Below are positions 9,893 to 19,335 of a DNA stretch of 64,000 nucleotides, one piece after another. How positions within the stretch are numbered: position 1 is the stretch's first letter; each line of letters opens with the position of its first letter. The notes beneath the pieces were generated by a model. That model worked only from the letters and a program-made list of their open reading frames with translations. It did not search any database and was not told the origin of the DNA. Location: contig RFPP01000002.1 in the NCBI GenBank assembly GCA_009926065.1, forward strand, positions 29,713 through 93,712, in the 5' to 3' direction. The DNA comes from Flavobacteriaceae bacterium. Its GTDB lineage: Bacteria > Bacteroidota > Bacteroidia > Flavobacteriales > Flavobacteriaceae. A program made the position numbers and the translations under genes.

Positions 9893-10251
9893 TGGCTCTA
9901 CATTACAATTTATCTAAAGTATATGCGATTTCAGAAAATGATTCTGATTTTGTTCATCAAATAATAAATTTATTTGTTTTAGATACCCCCATTCATTTGA
10001 ATCATATTAAGATTGCCATTGAAGAAAAAAACCATCAAAAATGTTATGAACATTCAAATAAAATAAAGCCATCATTGGATTTATTGAGTTTGAATATAGC
10101 TTTAGATGAAATTATTTTAATAGAAAATTGGGCAAAATCAATGGGTAAAAAGAAAGAAGTTATTGAACTTTATAAAAGCGTTTCTGATAGAATTGAGAAA
10201 GCTATTAAAGAAATCAAAAAAGATTTTAATTTAAATAATACTTTAATTTAA
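9892..10251 (+). CDS. Stand-alone Hpt (histidine phosphotransfer) domain protein, atypical active site
   Basis: All-helical 119 aa; xxKIKPSLDLL motif of Bacteroidota Hpt proteins, but Asn56 occupies the expected His position. Confidence 0.75.
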   Translation: MALHYNLSKVYAISENDSDFVHQIINLFVLDTPIHLNHIKIAIEEKNHQKCYEHSNKIKPSLDLLSLNIALDEIILIENWAKSMGKKKEVIELYKSVSDRIEKAIKEIKKDFNLNNTLI

Positions 10252-10275
10252 TAAAATTAGTTATCAATTCGATTT

Positions 10276-11529
10276 ATGAGAGCAGCCATTATAACCATTG
10301 GAGACGAAATATTAATTGGTCAAATAGTTGACACCAATTCAGGTTTTATTGCAAAATCGTTGGATAAAATCGGGGTTGATATTCATGAAATGATTTCAAT
10401 AAGGGATAATAAAAATCACATTTTAGAAACATTTTCTAAACTTCAAAATCAAGTAGATTTAGTATTAATCACTGGCGGATTGGGTCCTACAAAAGATGAC
10501 ATTACCAAACATACCTTTTGCGAGTATTTTGAAGATCAATTGGTTAGAAATGAAGAGGTTGAAAAGCATGTAATTGCTTTGATTGAAAAGGCAATGAATC
10601 GACCTGCTTCGCAAATGAACAAAGACCAAGCATTGGTTCCATCAAAATGTACTGTACTTCATAATGCTTATGGAACAGCACCAGGTATGTGGATGAAAAA
10701 AGGAAATACCGTTTATATTTCTTTGCCTGGAGTCCCTTATGAAATGAAATATATACTTGATAATGGTATTATTCCAAAAATAGTTAATGAATACAAGCGA
10801 CCTTATATTATCCATAAAACAATTTTAACTTATGGTCAAGGGGAGAGTTTGATTGCGGAACGAATTGAAGATTGGGAAAATAATTTACCTGAATATATTA
10901 AATTAGCCTATTTACCTAGTCCTGGAAGGGTGAGATTGCGACTTTCGGCTAGGGGAATTGATAAAGAATTATTGGAAAAAAAAATCAATGAAAATGTATT
11001 TTCATTAAATCAAATAATAAGAGATATTATTGTTGGTTACGAAGAGGATGAAACTATAGAGGTCATGTTGGGGCGATTATTAACAAGTAATAACTTAACA
11101 TTAGCAACAGCTGAAAGTTGCACAGGAGGGAAGATTGCTCAAATGATCACATCGGTTCCTGGTTCATCTAATTATTTTAAGGGAAGTGTGGTAAGTTATG
11201 CTACGGAAACTAAAATTTCGATGCTTGGAATATCTCCAGAATTAATCAAAGAGCATTCAGTTATAAGTTTTGAGGTGGCAAAAGAAATGGCTTTAGCTAT
11301 TAAAAATAGGATGAACACCGATTATGCTATTGCTACCACAGGAAATGCTGGACCTTCAAAAGGAGAAGGAAATTCAGAAATTGGCACCGTTTTTATAGCA
11401 ATTGCAACTCCAAATGACCTAATTGTAGAAGAATTTAATTTTGGTCAACCGCGAGTAAAAGTGATAGATAGGGCTGTAAATAAGGCTTTTGAAATGCTTC
11501 AGAAAGAAATTTTAAAAAATGTACTTTAA
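10276..11529 (+). CDS. cinA: Competence/damage-inducible protein CinA (molybdopterin-binding-like domain + PncC NMN deamidase)
   Basis: [42 protein letters not shown]. Confidence 0.93.
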   Translation: MRAAIITIGDEILIGQIVDTNSGFIAKSLDKIGVDIHEMISIRDNKNHILETFSKLQNQVDLVLITGGLGPTKDDITKHTFCEYFEDQLVRNEEVEKHVIALIEKAMNRPASQMNKDQALVPSKCTVLHNAYGTAPGMWMKKGNTVYISLPGVPYEMKYILDNGIIPKIVNEYKRPYIIHKTILTYGQGESLIAERIEDWENNLPEYIKLAYLPSPGRVRLRLSARGIDKELLEKKINENVFSLNQIIRDIIVGYEEDETIEVMLGRLLTSNNLTLATAESCTGGKIAQMITSVPGSSNYFKGSVVSYATETKISMLGISPELIKEHSVISFEVAKEMALAIKNRMNTDYAIATTGNAGPSKGEGNSEIGTVFIAIATPNDLIVEEFNFGQPRVKVIDRAVNKAFEMLQKEILKNVL

Positions 11530-11600
11530 TAATTTTGTATAATAGGTTTATTTTTGTTTCTTTGCACCCTGATTTTGAATAACGATAAAAGAAAAGCATA

Positions 11601-11837
11601 ATGTCAAGAGTTTGTGACCTTACTGGTAAAAAAGCAATGGTAGGAAATAATGTTTCCCACGCCATGAATAAAACTAAAAGAAAGTTTTCTGTAAACTTAC
11701 TTAAAAAACGTTTTTATCTTCCTGAAGAAGACAAGTGGATTACACTTAGAGTGGCTGCATCTACTATTAAAACTATCAACAAAAACGGAATCGCTGCAGT
11801 TTTGAAAAAAGCACAGTCAGAAGGTTTTATTAAATAA
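11601..11837 (+). CDS. rpmB: 50S ribosomal protein L28
   Basis: [29 protein letters not shown]. Confidence 0.98.
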   Translation: MSRVCDLTGKKAMVGNNVSHAMNKTKRKFSVNLLKKRFYLPEEDKWITLRVAASTIKTINKNGIAAVLKKAQSEGFIK

Positions 11838-11871
11838 TCCTCTCTTAAATCGAGAAGAATAATCATACAAA

Positions 11872-12054
11872 ATGGCAAAAAAAGGTAATAGAATTCAGGT
11901 AATTTTAGAATGTACTGAGCACAAAACTTCAGGTGTTCCAGGTACTTCTAGATATATAACAACAAAGAACAAAAAAAATACTCCAGATAGATTAGAGATA
12001 AAAAAATTCAATCCTATCTTGAAAAGAGTAACAGTTCATAAAGAAATTAAATAA
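11872..12054 (+). CDS. rpmG: 50S ribosomal protein L33
   Basis: [17 protein letters not shown]...[19 protein letters not shown]. Confidence 0.98.
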
Positions 12055-12129
12055 TTAGAGATTTTAATTTAATTCTCAAATGGTTTCATTTAGATTTATT
12101 AAAATACACAAATAAAAAAATAATTAGTC

Positions 12130-12282
12130 ATGGCAAAGAAAACCGTAGCAACATTACAGACATCTTCTAAAAGACTGTCAAAAGCTATTAAAATGGTAAG
12201 ATCTCCAAAAACTGGAGCATATACTTTTGTAGAATCTATTATGGCTCCTGAATTAGTAGACGAATTCTTGAAAAATAAATAA
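12130..12282 (+). CDS. DUF4295 protein (Bacteroidota ribosomal protein bL38)
   Basis: Below ORF-track cutoff; 50 aa MAKKTVATLQTSSKRLSKAIKMVRSPKTGAYTFVESIMAPELVDEFLKNK directly after rpmG. Confidence 0.88.
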   Translation: MAKKTVATLQTSSKRLSKAIKMVRSPKTGAYTFVESIMAPELVDEFLKNK

Positions 12283-12302
12283 TTTTCAATAGCATTATAT
12301 AG

Positions 12303-12340
12303 AAAAGCTACTTTCATTCGGAAGTAGCTTTTTTATTTTT
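12303..12340 (+). terminator. Rho-independent terminator of the rpmB-rpmG-bL38 operon
   Basis: AAAAGCTACTT / AAGTAGCTTTT 11-bp stem followed by a T-run. Confidence 0.8.
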
Positions 12341-12406
12341 TATATTTACCACTTAATTTATTGGTTTTAATCAAACCCGAAAATTCGGGCGATAAAATAT
12401 ATAATA

Positions 12407-13387
12407 ATGAGTTTTTTTAAAAAATTATTCTCTTCTGAAAAAAAAGAAACGAGCCTTCCTGAAGAAGTAAAAGCGTCATTGGATAAAGGATTAGAAAAAT
12501 CAAAGACTACTTTTTTTTCAAAACTAACCAAAGCAGTTGCAGGAAAAACTAAAGTTGATGCGGATGTTTTAGATCATTTAGAGGAAATTCTAATATCATC
12601 AGATGTTGGAGTGAAAACCACTCTTAAAATTATTGAGCGCATTGAAAACTATGTTTCTGAAAATAAATATCTAGGAACAGAGGAACTTAATGAAATTCTT
12701 AGAAATGAAATTGCGAGTCTTTTATCAGAAACCAATTCTGGCGAAGGAACTCAATTTGAAATACCAACAACAACAAAACCGTATGTATTAATGGTTGTAG
12801 GAGTTAATGGTGTTGGAAAAACCACTTCAATAGGTAAATTGGCTTATCAATTCAAGAAGCAAGGTTTTAATGTAATTTTGGGTGCTGCTGATACTTTTAG
12901 AGCGGCCGCTATTGATCAATTACAAGTTTGGGCTGATCGAGTAGGAGTTCCATTAGTAAAACAACAAATGGGAAGTGATCCAGCATCAGTAGCATTTGAT
13001 ACTTTGCAATCGGCTGTTTCTCAAAGTGCCGATATTGTTATAATTGATACTGCAGGACGTTTGCATAATAAAGTGAATTTAATGGCTGAATTAACTAAAG
13101 TTAAACGAGTAATGCAAAAGGTGGTTGGCGATGCGCCACACGATGTAATGTTAGTTTTAGACGGTTCAACGGGTCAAAATGCCTTTGAACAAGCAAAACA
13201 ATTTACTGCTGCAACAGAAGTGACTTCCTTAGCGGTTACCAAATTAGACGGAACAGCAAAGGGTGGTGTGGTAATTGGAATTTCAGATCAGTTTCAAATT
13301 CCAGTAAAATATATAGGAGTAGGTGAAGGAATTGAAGACTTACAAGTTTTCAATAAATACGAATTTGTGGATAGTTTCTTTAAATAA
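12407..13387 (+). CDS. ftsY: SRP receptor GTPase FtsY
   Basis: GVNGVGKTT, DTFRAAA, DTAGR, TKLDGTAKGG. Confidence 0.97.
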   Translation: MSFFKKLFSSEKKETSLPEEVKASLDKGLEKSKTTFFSKLTKAVAGKTKVDADVLDHLEEILISSDVGVKTTLKIIERIENYVSENKYLGTEELNEILRNEIASLLSETNSGEGTQFEIPTTTKPYVLMVVGVNGVGKTTSIGKLAYQFKKQGFNVILGAADTFRAAAIDQLQVWADRVGVPLVKQQMGSDPASVAFDTLQSAVSQSADIVIIDTAGRLHNKVNLMAELTKVKRVMQKVVGDAPHDVMLVLDGSTGQNAFEQAKQFTAATEVTSLAVTKLDGTAKGGVVIGISDQFQIPVKYIGVGEGIEDLQVFNKYEFVDSFFK

Positions 13388-13394
13388 TCAGCTG

Positions 13395-13571
13395 ATGAAT
13401 TTTCCATCAATAAAAAACATACCGCCTATTTATTTGTACTTAATAAGTATTTTATCATTTGTAATATCCAATTTAATTAGAGAAAAAAGTCCACTTTTTT
13501 ATGGAATATTTTTGGCTGTTGGATTAATTTTCTTCCTTTTAGGACTTTACAATCGTATTTCAAATAAATAA
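13395..13571 (+). CDS. Small two-TM membrane protein, hypothetical
   Basis: 58 aa from ATG 13395 (MNFPSIKNIPPIYLYLISILSFVI...FYGIFLAVGLIFFLLGLY); fills the gap after ftsY. The ORF-track start at 13323 overlaps ftsY. Confidence 0.6.
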   Translation: MNFPSIKNIPPIYLYLISILSFVISNLIREKSPLFYGIFLAVGLIFFLLGLYNRISNK

Positions 13572-14657
13572 TTACTGGTACAACGCATTGATTTTCTGCC
13601 ATAAGACTTCGTCAAATGTTGAAAGTGCTAAATTTGCTGAATCTGCAGCATCTCCCATTCGGATAACAACCATTTTTTTACTTGGAATAACGTAAATTTT
13701 CTGGTCGTCTTTCCCTAAAGCCATATACATATCGTTTGCTCCAGATGCAATTAAACTTCCATTAAATTGCAATTGAGTTTGAGGTAATCGGTAACTCGTT
13801 TTGCCGTTTAACCACCATAAATAACCGTAAGCTAAATTGATGTTTTGTGAAGTTGTTGTAGCTTGATTTAAAAAGCCAGAATTAATAACTTGAGTACCAT
13901 TCCAATTTCCATTGTTTAAAGCTAACAATCCAAATCTTGCCATGCTTCTTGTATTACTAAAATAGATTCGTAAACCTAAATTTGCTCCGGTTGCATTATA
14001 CCAAACTCCAGATGAACTCATACCAATTTTATCTCTAAGTTTAGTATTGAAATAGTTATTCCATGTTTGTCCGGTAGCTTGTTCTACCACATCTTGAAGT
14101 TTTACATATACATTATGATATGCCCATCTTGTTCCAGCATCAGCAACATATCGAAGATTGTTTGGAGAAACATCATCACCTAATGTATCATCCAAACCAG
14201 AGTCCATTTTTAATAAATTTTTGCAGGTAATCAGATTTTCTTTTGCTAATGGAGCACTTGTCCAACCTATTCCTATGTAGTCAGAAACCTTATTGTTAGT
14301 ATTAATAAAACCCTCCTGTTCGGCAATTCCTGTAACTGTTGAAGTCAACGTTTTTCCTGCACTATTCCATCTCCAAAGTGTAGATGCGGTATGACCATTA
14401 AAGTAATTTTCCATTACAATTCTACCATTTACAAGAATCATAAATGATTTAGTATTTTTTAATATTAAATAATCAATCAAAGGCTGAACCGCATTCTGAT
14501 TCCAACCTAAAGAAGAAATTGATTGAGTTTCCCAGTTATCAGATCCATTTGGAGGGAAATACATGGTATTGTAATTAATATTTGAACTACTATTATTGTC
14601 GTTTGAACAATTAGTAAATATTGTAAATATAAGTATGATATAAATTATTTTTTTCAT
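13572..14657 (-). CDS. Serine hydrolase, beta-lactamase/class C-like lipoprotein
   Basis: Lipobox FTNC, SxxK (SAGK), YxN (YHN), YGYLWWLN, ALGKDDQ. Confidence 0.88.
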   Translation of the reverse strand: MKKIIYIILIFTIFTNCSNDNNSSSNINYNTMYFPPNGSDNWETQSISSLGWNQNAVQPLIDYLILKNTKSFMILVNGRIVMENYFNGHTASTLWRWNSAGKTLTSTVTGIAEQEGFINTNNKVSDYIGIGWTSAPLAKENLITCKNLLKMDSGLDDTLGDDVSPNNLRYVADAGTRWAYHNVYVKLQDVVEQATGQTWNNYFNTKLRDKIGMSSSGVWYNATGANLGLRIYFSNTRSMARFGLLALNNGNWNGTQVINSGFLNQATTTSQNINLAYGYLWWLNGKTSYRLPQTQLQFNGSLIASGANDMYMALGKDDQKIYVIPSKKMVVIRMGDAADSANLALSTFDEVLWQKINALYQ

Positions 14658-14749
14658 AGCTAAAATTTGAAATAAGACTTTAAAAATAAAAAATAGTTTA
14701 ATATAAATATATTTTTATGTTTAAATTGGTATTAAAAACTATAAAGAAG

Positions 14750-14757
14750 TAAATTTG
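14750..14757 (+). promoter_or_regulatory. Putative -7 box (TAAATTTG)
   Basis: TAnnTTTG 17 nt upstream of ATG 14774. Confidence 0.5.
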
Positions 14758-14773
14758 TATAAATCACAATAAA

Positions 14774-15211
14774 ATGAAAAAAATAGTTTCAATTGCTTTA
14801 TTAATACTATTGTCTGCTTGTAATCAAAAAGTGACTTCTGATGATATTGCTAATTTGAATGGCTATTGGGAAATAGAAAAGGTAGTTTTTTCAAATGGAA
14901 CTAAAAAAGAATACACCTATAATGAATCGTATGACTATTTTCAGATAAAAGATAAATCAGGTTTTAGGAAAAAAGTAATGCCTCAATTGGATGGTCGTTT
15001 TTTAGTTAATAACCAATTGGAAAAAATTACTATTTTGTTTGATAACGGTAACGCTTATATCAATTATAGTACTCCATTTGCAAAATGGAAAGAAAAAATT
15101 GAAGCTATTTCCTCAGATAAATTAGTCATAGTAAACGCTTCAAAAGCGGTGTATTATTACAAAAAGGCTTCGCCAATAAACATATCAGGAGATGGCAAAA
15201 CGACTAAATAA
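14774..15211 (+). CDS. Lipocalin-like lipoprotein, hypothetical
   Basis: Lipobox LSAC, GYWEI lipocalin-type motif, beta-rich. Confidence 0.65.
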   Translation: MKKIVSIALLILLSACNQKVTSDDIANLNGYWEIEKVVFSNGTKKEYTYNESYDYFQIKDKSGFRKKVMPQLDGRFLVNNQLEKITILFDNGNAYINYSTPFAKWKEKIEAISSDKLVIVNASKAVYYYKKASPINISGDGKTTK

Positions 15212-15488
15212 CGAAAATTCAATTGGTGAAGTTTTGAAAGAATTCATCCGAAGTAACAAACTACAGTCTGGAATAGATCAAATTTCTGTCAAAGAAGCAT
15301 GGGTTTCATTGATGGGAAATGGGGTAAACAGTTATACTAAAAATGTAACTTTAAAAGGAGAAACTTTGTATGTGGAATTGTCATCCTCTGTTTTAAGGGA
15401 AGAATTAAGTCATGGAAAATCAAAAATTATCACTATGATAAATGAAGAATTAAAGCGTGAAATTGTAAAAAGTATAGTACTCCGATAA
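15192..15488 (+). CDS. DUF721 / DciA-like protein
   Basis: 98 aa with WVSLMG and LYVELSSSVLREEL; 20-nt overlap with the upstream gene. Confidence 0.8.
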   Translation: MAKRLNNENSIGEVLKEFIRSNKLQSGIDQISVKEAWVSLMGNGVNSYTKNVTLKGETLYVELSSSVLREELSHGKSKIITMINEELKREIVKSIVLR

Positions 15489-15501
15489 ATAAATTTAGAG
15501 C

Positions 15502-15534
15502 AAAAAAAATCCCGTTTCATTGAAACGGGATTTT
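15502..15534. terminator. Bidirectional terminator between DUF721 gene and ndk
   Basis: AAAATCCCGTTTCA-T-TGAAACGGGATTTT inverted repeat between convergent genes. Confidence 0.85.
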
Positions 15535-15552
15535 ATATTTTAATGAGTTGGA

Positions 15553-15972
15553 TTAGAATTGCTCTCTTCCAGCGAAATGGAATGCACTTTCTATAGCAGC
15601 ATTCTCATCACTATCAGAACCGTGAACTGCATTTTCACCAATAGAAGTTGCATATGCTTTTCTAATTGTTCCTTCAGCAGCTTCAGCAGGATTGGTAGCG
15701 CCTATTAATACTCTAAAATCTTCAACTGCGTTTTCTTTTTCTAAAATTGCAGCAACAATTGGTCCTCTTGACATGAATTCTACTAATTCTCCGTAGAAAG
15801 GTCTTGTAGCGTGAACAGCATAAAATGCTTTAGCATCATCCACAGTTAATTGAGTTAATTTCAAAGAAACGATTTTGAAACCTCCGTTTGTAATCATTGC
15901 TAAAATGTTACCGATGTGTCCTTTTTCAACAGCATCTGGTTTAATCATGGTAAATGTTCTATTTGTAGCCAT
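15553..15972 (-). CDS. ndk: Nucleoside diphosphate kinase
   Basis: [27 protein letters not shown]; ATG at 15972 preferred. Confidence 0.97.
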   Translation of the reverse strand: MATNRTFTMIKPDAVEKGHIGNILAMITNGGFKIVSLKLTQLTVDDAKAFYAVHATRPFYGELVEFMSRGPIVAAILEKENAVEDFRVLIGATNPAEAAEGTIRKAYATSIGENAVHGSDSDENAAIESAFHFAGREQF

Positions 15973-16031
15973 TTTTTTATAATTTTTTTGCAAAAGTAAG
16001 ATATTTTAATCGAATTCCAATTATTAACTGA

Positions 16032-17621
16032 TTATAATGTTAGAATCGTAAAATTAGTATCAAATGGATCTAAATTATTATATAATTTTGAAAAAAATGT
16101 AATTCCATTTTCCAAATAAAACTCAGAAAAATTAGCTTGTCGTTCTTGCAAACTTTGATTTGGAAACAACTCGTTTTGTAATTTGATTACACGCTCTAAT
16201 TCTGAATGGAATTTCTTTTTTTGAGCCTTCAAAAATCGCTTTTCTAAATTTTCTAATCCTTTGATTTGCTTAGCCTCTTGCGCTTTTACCGCTCCTAAAA
16301 AGGATTTATCTGTTTGATTTACAATAGTATGTAAATCTGAGAATTGCTTTTTCAATGCCATTTTTTGCTCTGAAAAATCAATTGGAATTTCAGATAATTC
16401 TTTTACTCTAATATTAATTAATACTTCTTGTTTTGAAAACAATTGTTCCCAACTCAATTGAAGTTTTTCGATCCTTTCTACTTGTTTTTCGGTAACTATA
16501 AGAGCTGAATTTCTGAGCAATAATATAGGAAAAGTACACTGAAAAGCTTTAAATGTTGACTTTAATTCCAACCAATACGCAATTTCTCCACCGCCACCAA
16601 TGTAACATAAATTGGGTAAAATTACTTCTTGATATAAAGGTCTCAGAATAACATTTGGACTAAATCTCTCTGGATTGATTTCTAATAATTCCAATAATTC
16701 ATTTTGAGTAAATGTAATTTTTGTATTATTGATTTTGAAATCTCCTTTTTCGAAAATAATACGTTCTCGTAAATTATCTTCAATATAAAAAAGATTAATA
16801 TTACGAGGATTTACTTGAGTTGGATATTTCTTTAATTGAATTATTGTATCGCTTACATTTTTAAAAGAAGTATTTTGTAAAAGTTCCTCTTTAATATAAG
16901 GAATAAATTGCCTTTTTAATTCGGAATTATCCCCATCAATTATTACTAAACCGTAAGATCCAAAAAGTTCATTTGCTAATTTTCGAGTTGCATTGGTTAA
17001 CGAATCAATATTTGCGTAAGCGCTTTCAAACAGTTTTTTTATTTCATTGGCATTCGAACTACAACCTAGTTCATTCTCAAATACCGATAGTATTTCTTGA
17101 AGTCCATCTGTAGTTAATCTTCCAACCGGCCCTGAACTTTCTTTATTCCATTTGAACTTTTTACCTTTAAAATTAAAGTAATTTATTTCATCAAAATCAT
17201 GGTCTTCAGTAGCCATCCAATAGATTGGTACAAAATTATAAGATGGATACTTCTTCTTTAATTCTTCTGTTAATTTAATGGTTGAGATTATTTTGTAAAG
17301 AAAATACAGTGGCCCTGTAAATAAATTTAACTGATGACCAGTAGTAATTGTGAAAGTGTTTTCTTTCGAAAGTAAAGCAATATTGTTCTTTGTTAATTCC
17401 GATATTGAAATGTTTTCGTATTGTTTATTTAAAACAGAAACTAGTATTTCTCGTGTTTTAGGATTGTAATTTTGCTGTTTTTCCGTTATCTGATTTTCGA
17501 AATTTTCAATTTTTGGAAAACGATTGTAAAATGATTGTAAGCTAGATTCCTGATTTAAATAATCATTCATCATAAGAGTGAAATATCCTGAATTTTGATA
17601 GCTAATACAATCCGTTGGCAT
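16032..17621 (-). CDS. bshC: Bacillithiol biosynthesis cysteine-adding enzyme BshC
   Basis: TTGHQLNLFTGPLY, YWMATEDHDFDEI, FSPNVILRPLYQE, YIGGGGEIAYW, LQERQANF. Confidence 0.92.
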   Translation of the reverse strand: MPTDCISYQNSGYFTLMMNDYLNQESSLQSFYNRFPKIENFENQITEKQQNYNPKTREILVSVLNKQYENISISELTKNNIALLSKENTFTITTGHQLNLFTGPLYFLYKIISTIKLTEELKKKYPSYNFVPIYWMATEDHDFDEINYFNFKGKKFKWNKESSGPVGRLTTDGLQEILSVFENELGCSSNANEIKKLFESAYANIDSLTNATRKLANELFGSYGLVIIDGDNSELKRQFIPYIKEELLQNTSFKNVSDTIIQLKKYPTQVNPRNINLFYIEDNLRERIIFEKGDFKINNTKITFTQNELLELLEINPERFSPNVILRPLYQEVILPNLCYIGGGGEIAYWLELKSTFKAFQCTFPILLLRNSALIVTEKQVERIEKLQLSWEQLFSKQEVLINIRVKELSEIPIDFSEQKMALKKQFSDLHTIVNQTDKSFLGAVKAQEAKQIKGLENLEKRFLKAQKKKFHSELERVIKLQNELFPNQSLQERQANFSEFYLENGITFFSKLYNNLDPFDTNFTILTL

Positions 17622-17885
17622 AGGAATTAATTTTTGCTAAATTACAAAAAAAGCAATACAATTACTTGTTTAGTAAGATTAGGAATTAGATATTTGCCCA
17701 ACTACTTATATAAAAAACTAGGATTACCAATAGATATTGTTAAAATCCCAATAGTATTTTATAGATAGTTTTCCTTTTAACCTTTTTTTAATTTGTATTA
17801 TTAGTGCAATTGTGTCTTTATAATTTTGATATTATTAATAACTCAAATTAAACAATAATACATTTTATTCTAAATTAAATTACAT

Positions 17886-19289
17886 ATGAAAAGAATAGTC
17901 ACTTTTATTTTTATTTTCGGAGCAATTTCAACCATTTTCAGTCAAGATATTACAGGTACTTGGAACGGAATTTTAAAAGTCCAAGGGATGCAATTGAGTT
18001 TGGTTTTTCATATCAATAAAACCGAAAAAGGATTTTCATCAACCATGGATAGTCCAGATCAAAAAGCATTTGGAATACCTGTTACAACTACCAATTTTGA
18101 GAATTCAAAGTTAATTATTGCTTTGGCAAATCCTAGAATTGAATACGAAGGGGTTTTGGGTGCGGATGGAAATATTACAGGTACATTTAAACAATCTGGC
18201 CAAAGTTTTCCAATGAATTTATCGAAAGATAAAGTGGAAAAAGAAATAATTAAACGACCACAAGAACCTAAAAAACCCTATTCTTATTACACTGAAGAGG
18301 TAGTTTTTGAAAATAAAGATGCAAATATAAATCTTGCAGGAACTTTGTCGTTACCAACTAAAGAGGGTATTTTTCCAGCTGTAATTTTAATTTCAGGGAG
18401 TGGAGCTCAAAATAGAGACGAAGAATTATTAGGTCACAAGCCCTTTTTAGTAATTGCTGATTATTTAACCAAAAATGGAATAGCAGTTTTACGTTTCGAC
18501 GACAGGGGAACTGCAATGTCAAAAGGGGATTTCAAAACGGCAACCACATTGGATTTTTCTTCAGATGTAGAAGCTGCGTTACATTATTTACAAACCCGTA
18601 AGGAAATCGACCAAAAGAAAATTGGATTAATAGGTCATAGCGAAGGTGGAATTATTGCTCCTATGGTAGCTGCTAAATCTAAAAATGTCACTTTTATAAT
18701 TTTATTAGCAGGGACAGGAATACCTGGAGACAAACTTTTATTATTACAACAAGAGTTAATTGGTAGAGCATCAGGAATTTCTGAAGAGGATTTACAAAAA
18801 TCAAAAATCATTAATACTGAAGTTTTTGATTTGGTGAAAAAAGAGACGAATTCAGAACAATTGAAAAAGGATATAACAGCATTGATTATAAAATCAATTA
18901 AGTCAGATCCAAATACCCAAATTCCAGATGGAATTAGCGAATCCGATTTTATTGCAATGCAAGTGAATGAAATAACTAGCCCTTGGATGCAATTTTTTAT
19001 TAAATACAATCCAGCAATAGCATTAGAAAAAGTAAAATGTCCGGTGTTAGCACTTAATGGTGATAAAGACCTCCAAGTTCCGTCTAAAGTAAATTTAGAG
19101 GCAATAAATAAAGCGCTTGTAAAAGGAGGAAATAAGAAAGTTATTACAAAAGAATTACCAAATTTGAATCATTTATTTCAAGAATGTAAAACAGGTTCGC
19201 CTGAAGAATATTCAGAAATCGAACAAACATTTTCGCCTTCAGCATTAATAGAAATCTTAAATTGGATTCAAAATCAAATCAAGAAATAA
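17886..19289 (+). CDS. Secreted alpha/beta hydrolase (S9/S15-like peptidase/esterase)
   Basis: Signal peptide, ISGSGAQNRDE, GHSEGG nucleophile elbow, NGDKDLQV, LNHLFQ. Confidence 0.88.
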   Translation: MKRIVTFIFIFGAISTIFSQDITGTWNGILKVQGMQLSLVFHINKTEKGFSSTMDSPDQKAFGIPVTTTNFENSKLIIALANPRIEYEGVLGADGNITGTFKQSGQSFPMNLSKDKVEKEIIKRPQEPKKPYSYYTEEVVFENKDANINLAGTLSLPTKEGIFPAVILISGSGAQNRDEELLGHKPFLVIADYLTKNGIAVLRFDDRGTAMSKGDFKTATTLDFSSDVEAALHYLQTRKEIDQKKIGLIGHSEGGIIAPMVAAKSKNVTFIILLAGTGIPGDKLLLLQQELIGRASGISEEDLQKSKIINTEVFDLVKKETNSEQLKKDITALIIKSIKSDPNTQIPDGISESDFIAMQVNEITSPWMQFFIKYNPAIALEKVKCPVLALNGDKDLQVPSKVNLEAINKALVKGGNKKVITKELPNLNHLFQECKTGSPEEYSEIEQTFSPSALIEILNWIQNQIKK

Positions 19290-19335
19290 AAATCAGTTCG
19301 TTTTATTTTAGTTATTTTTGTCAAAAACAAATTAA

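Noticed and set aside
11435-12317. Minus-strand ORFs 11435-11665 and 12099-12317
   Set aside because: Shadows of cinA/rpmB and of the bL38 gene.
13572-14657. Serine hydrolase as a bona fide beta-lactamase resistance gene
   Set aside because: SxxK/YxN fold is shared by many esterases and peptidases; lipoprotein with no class-defining features.
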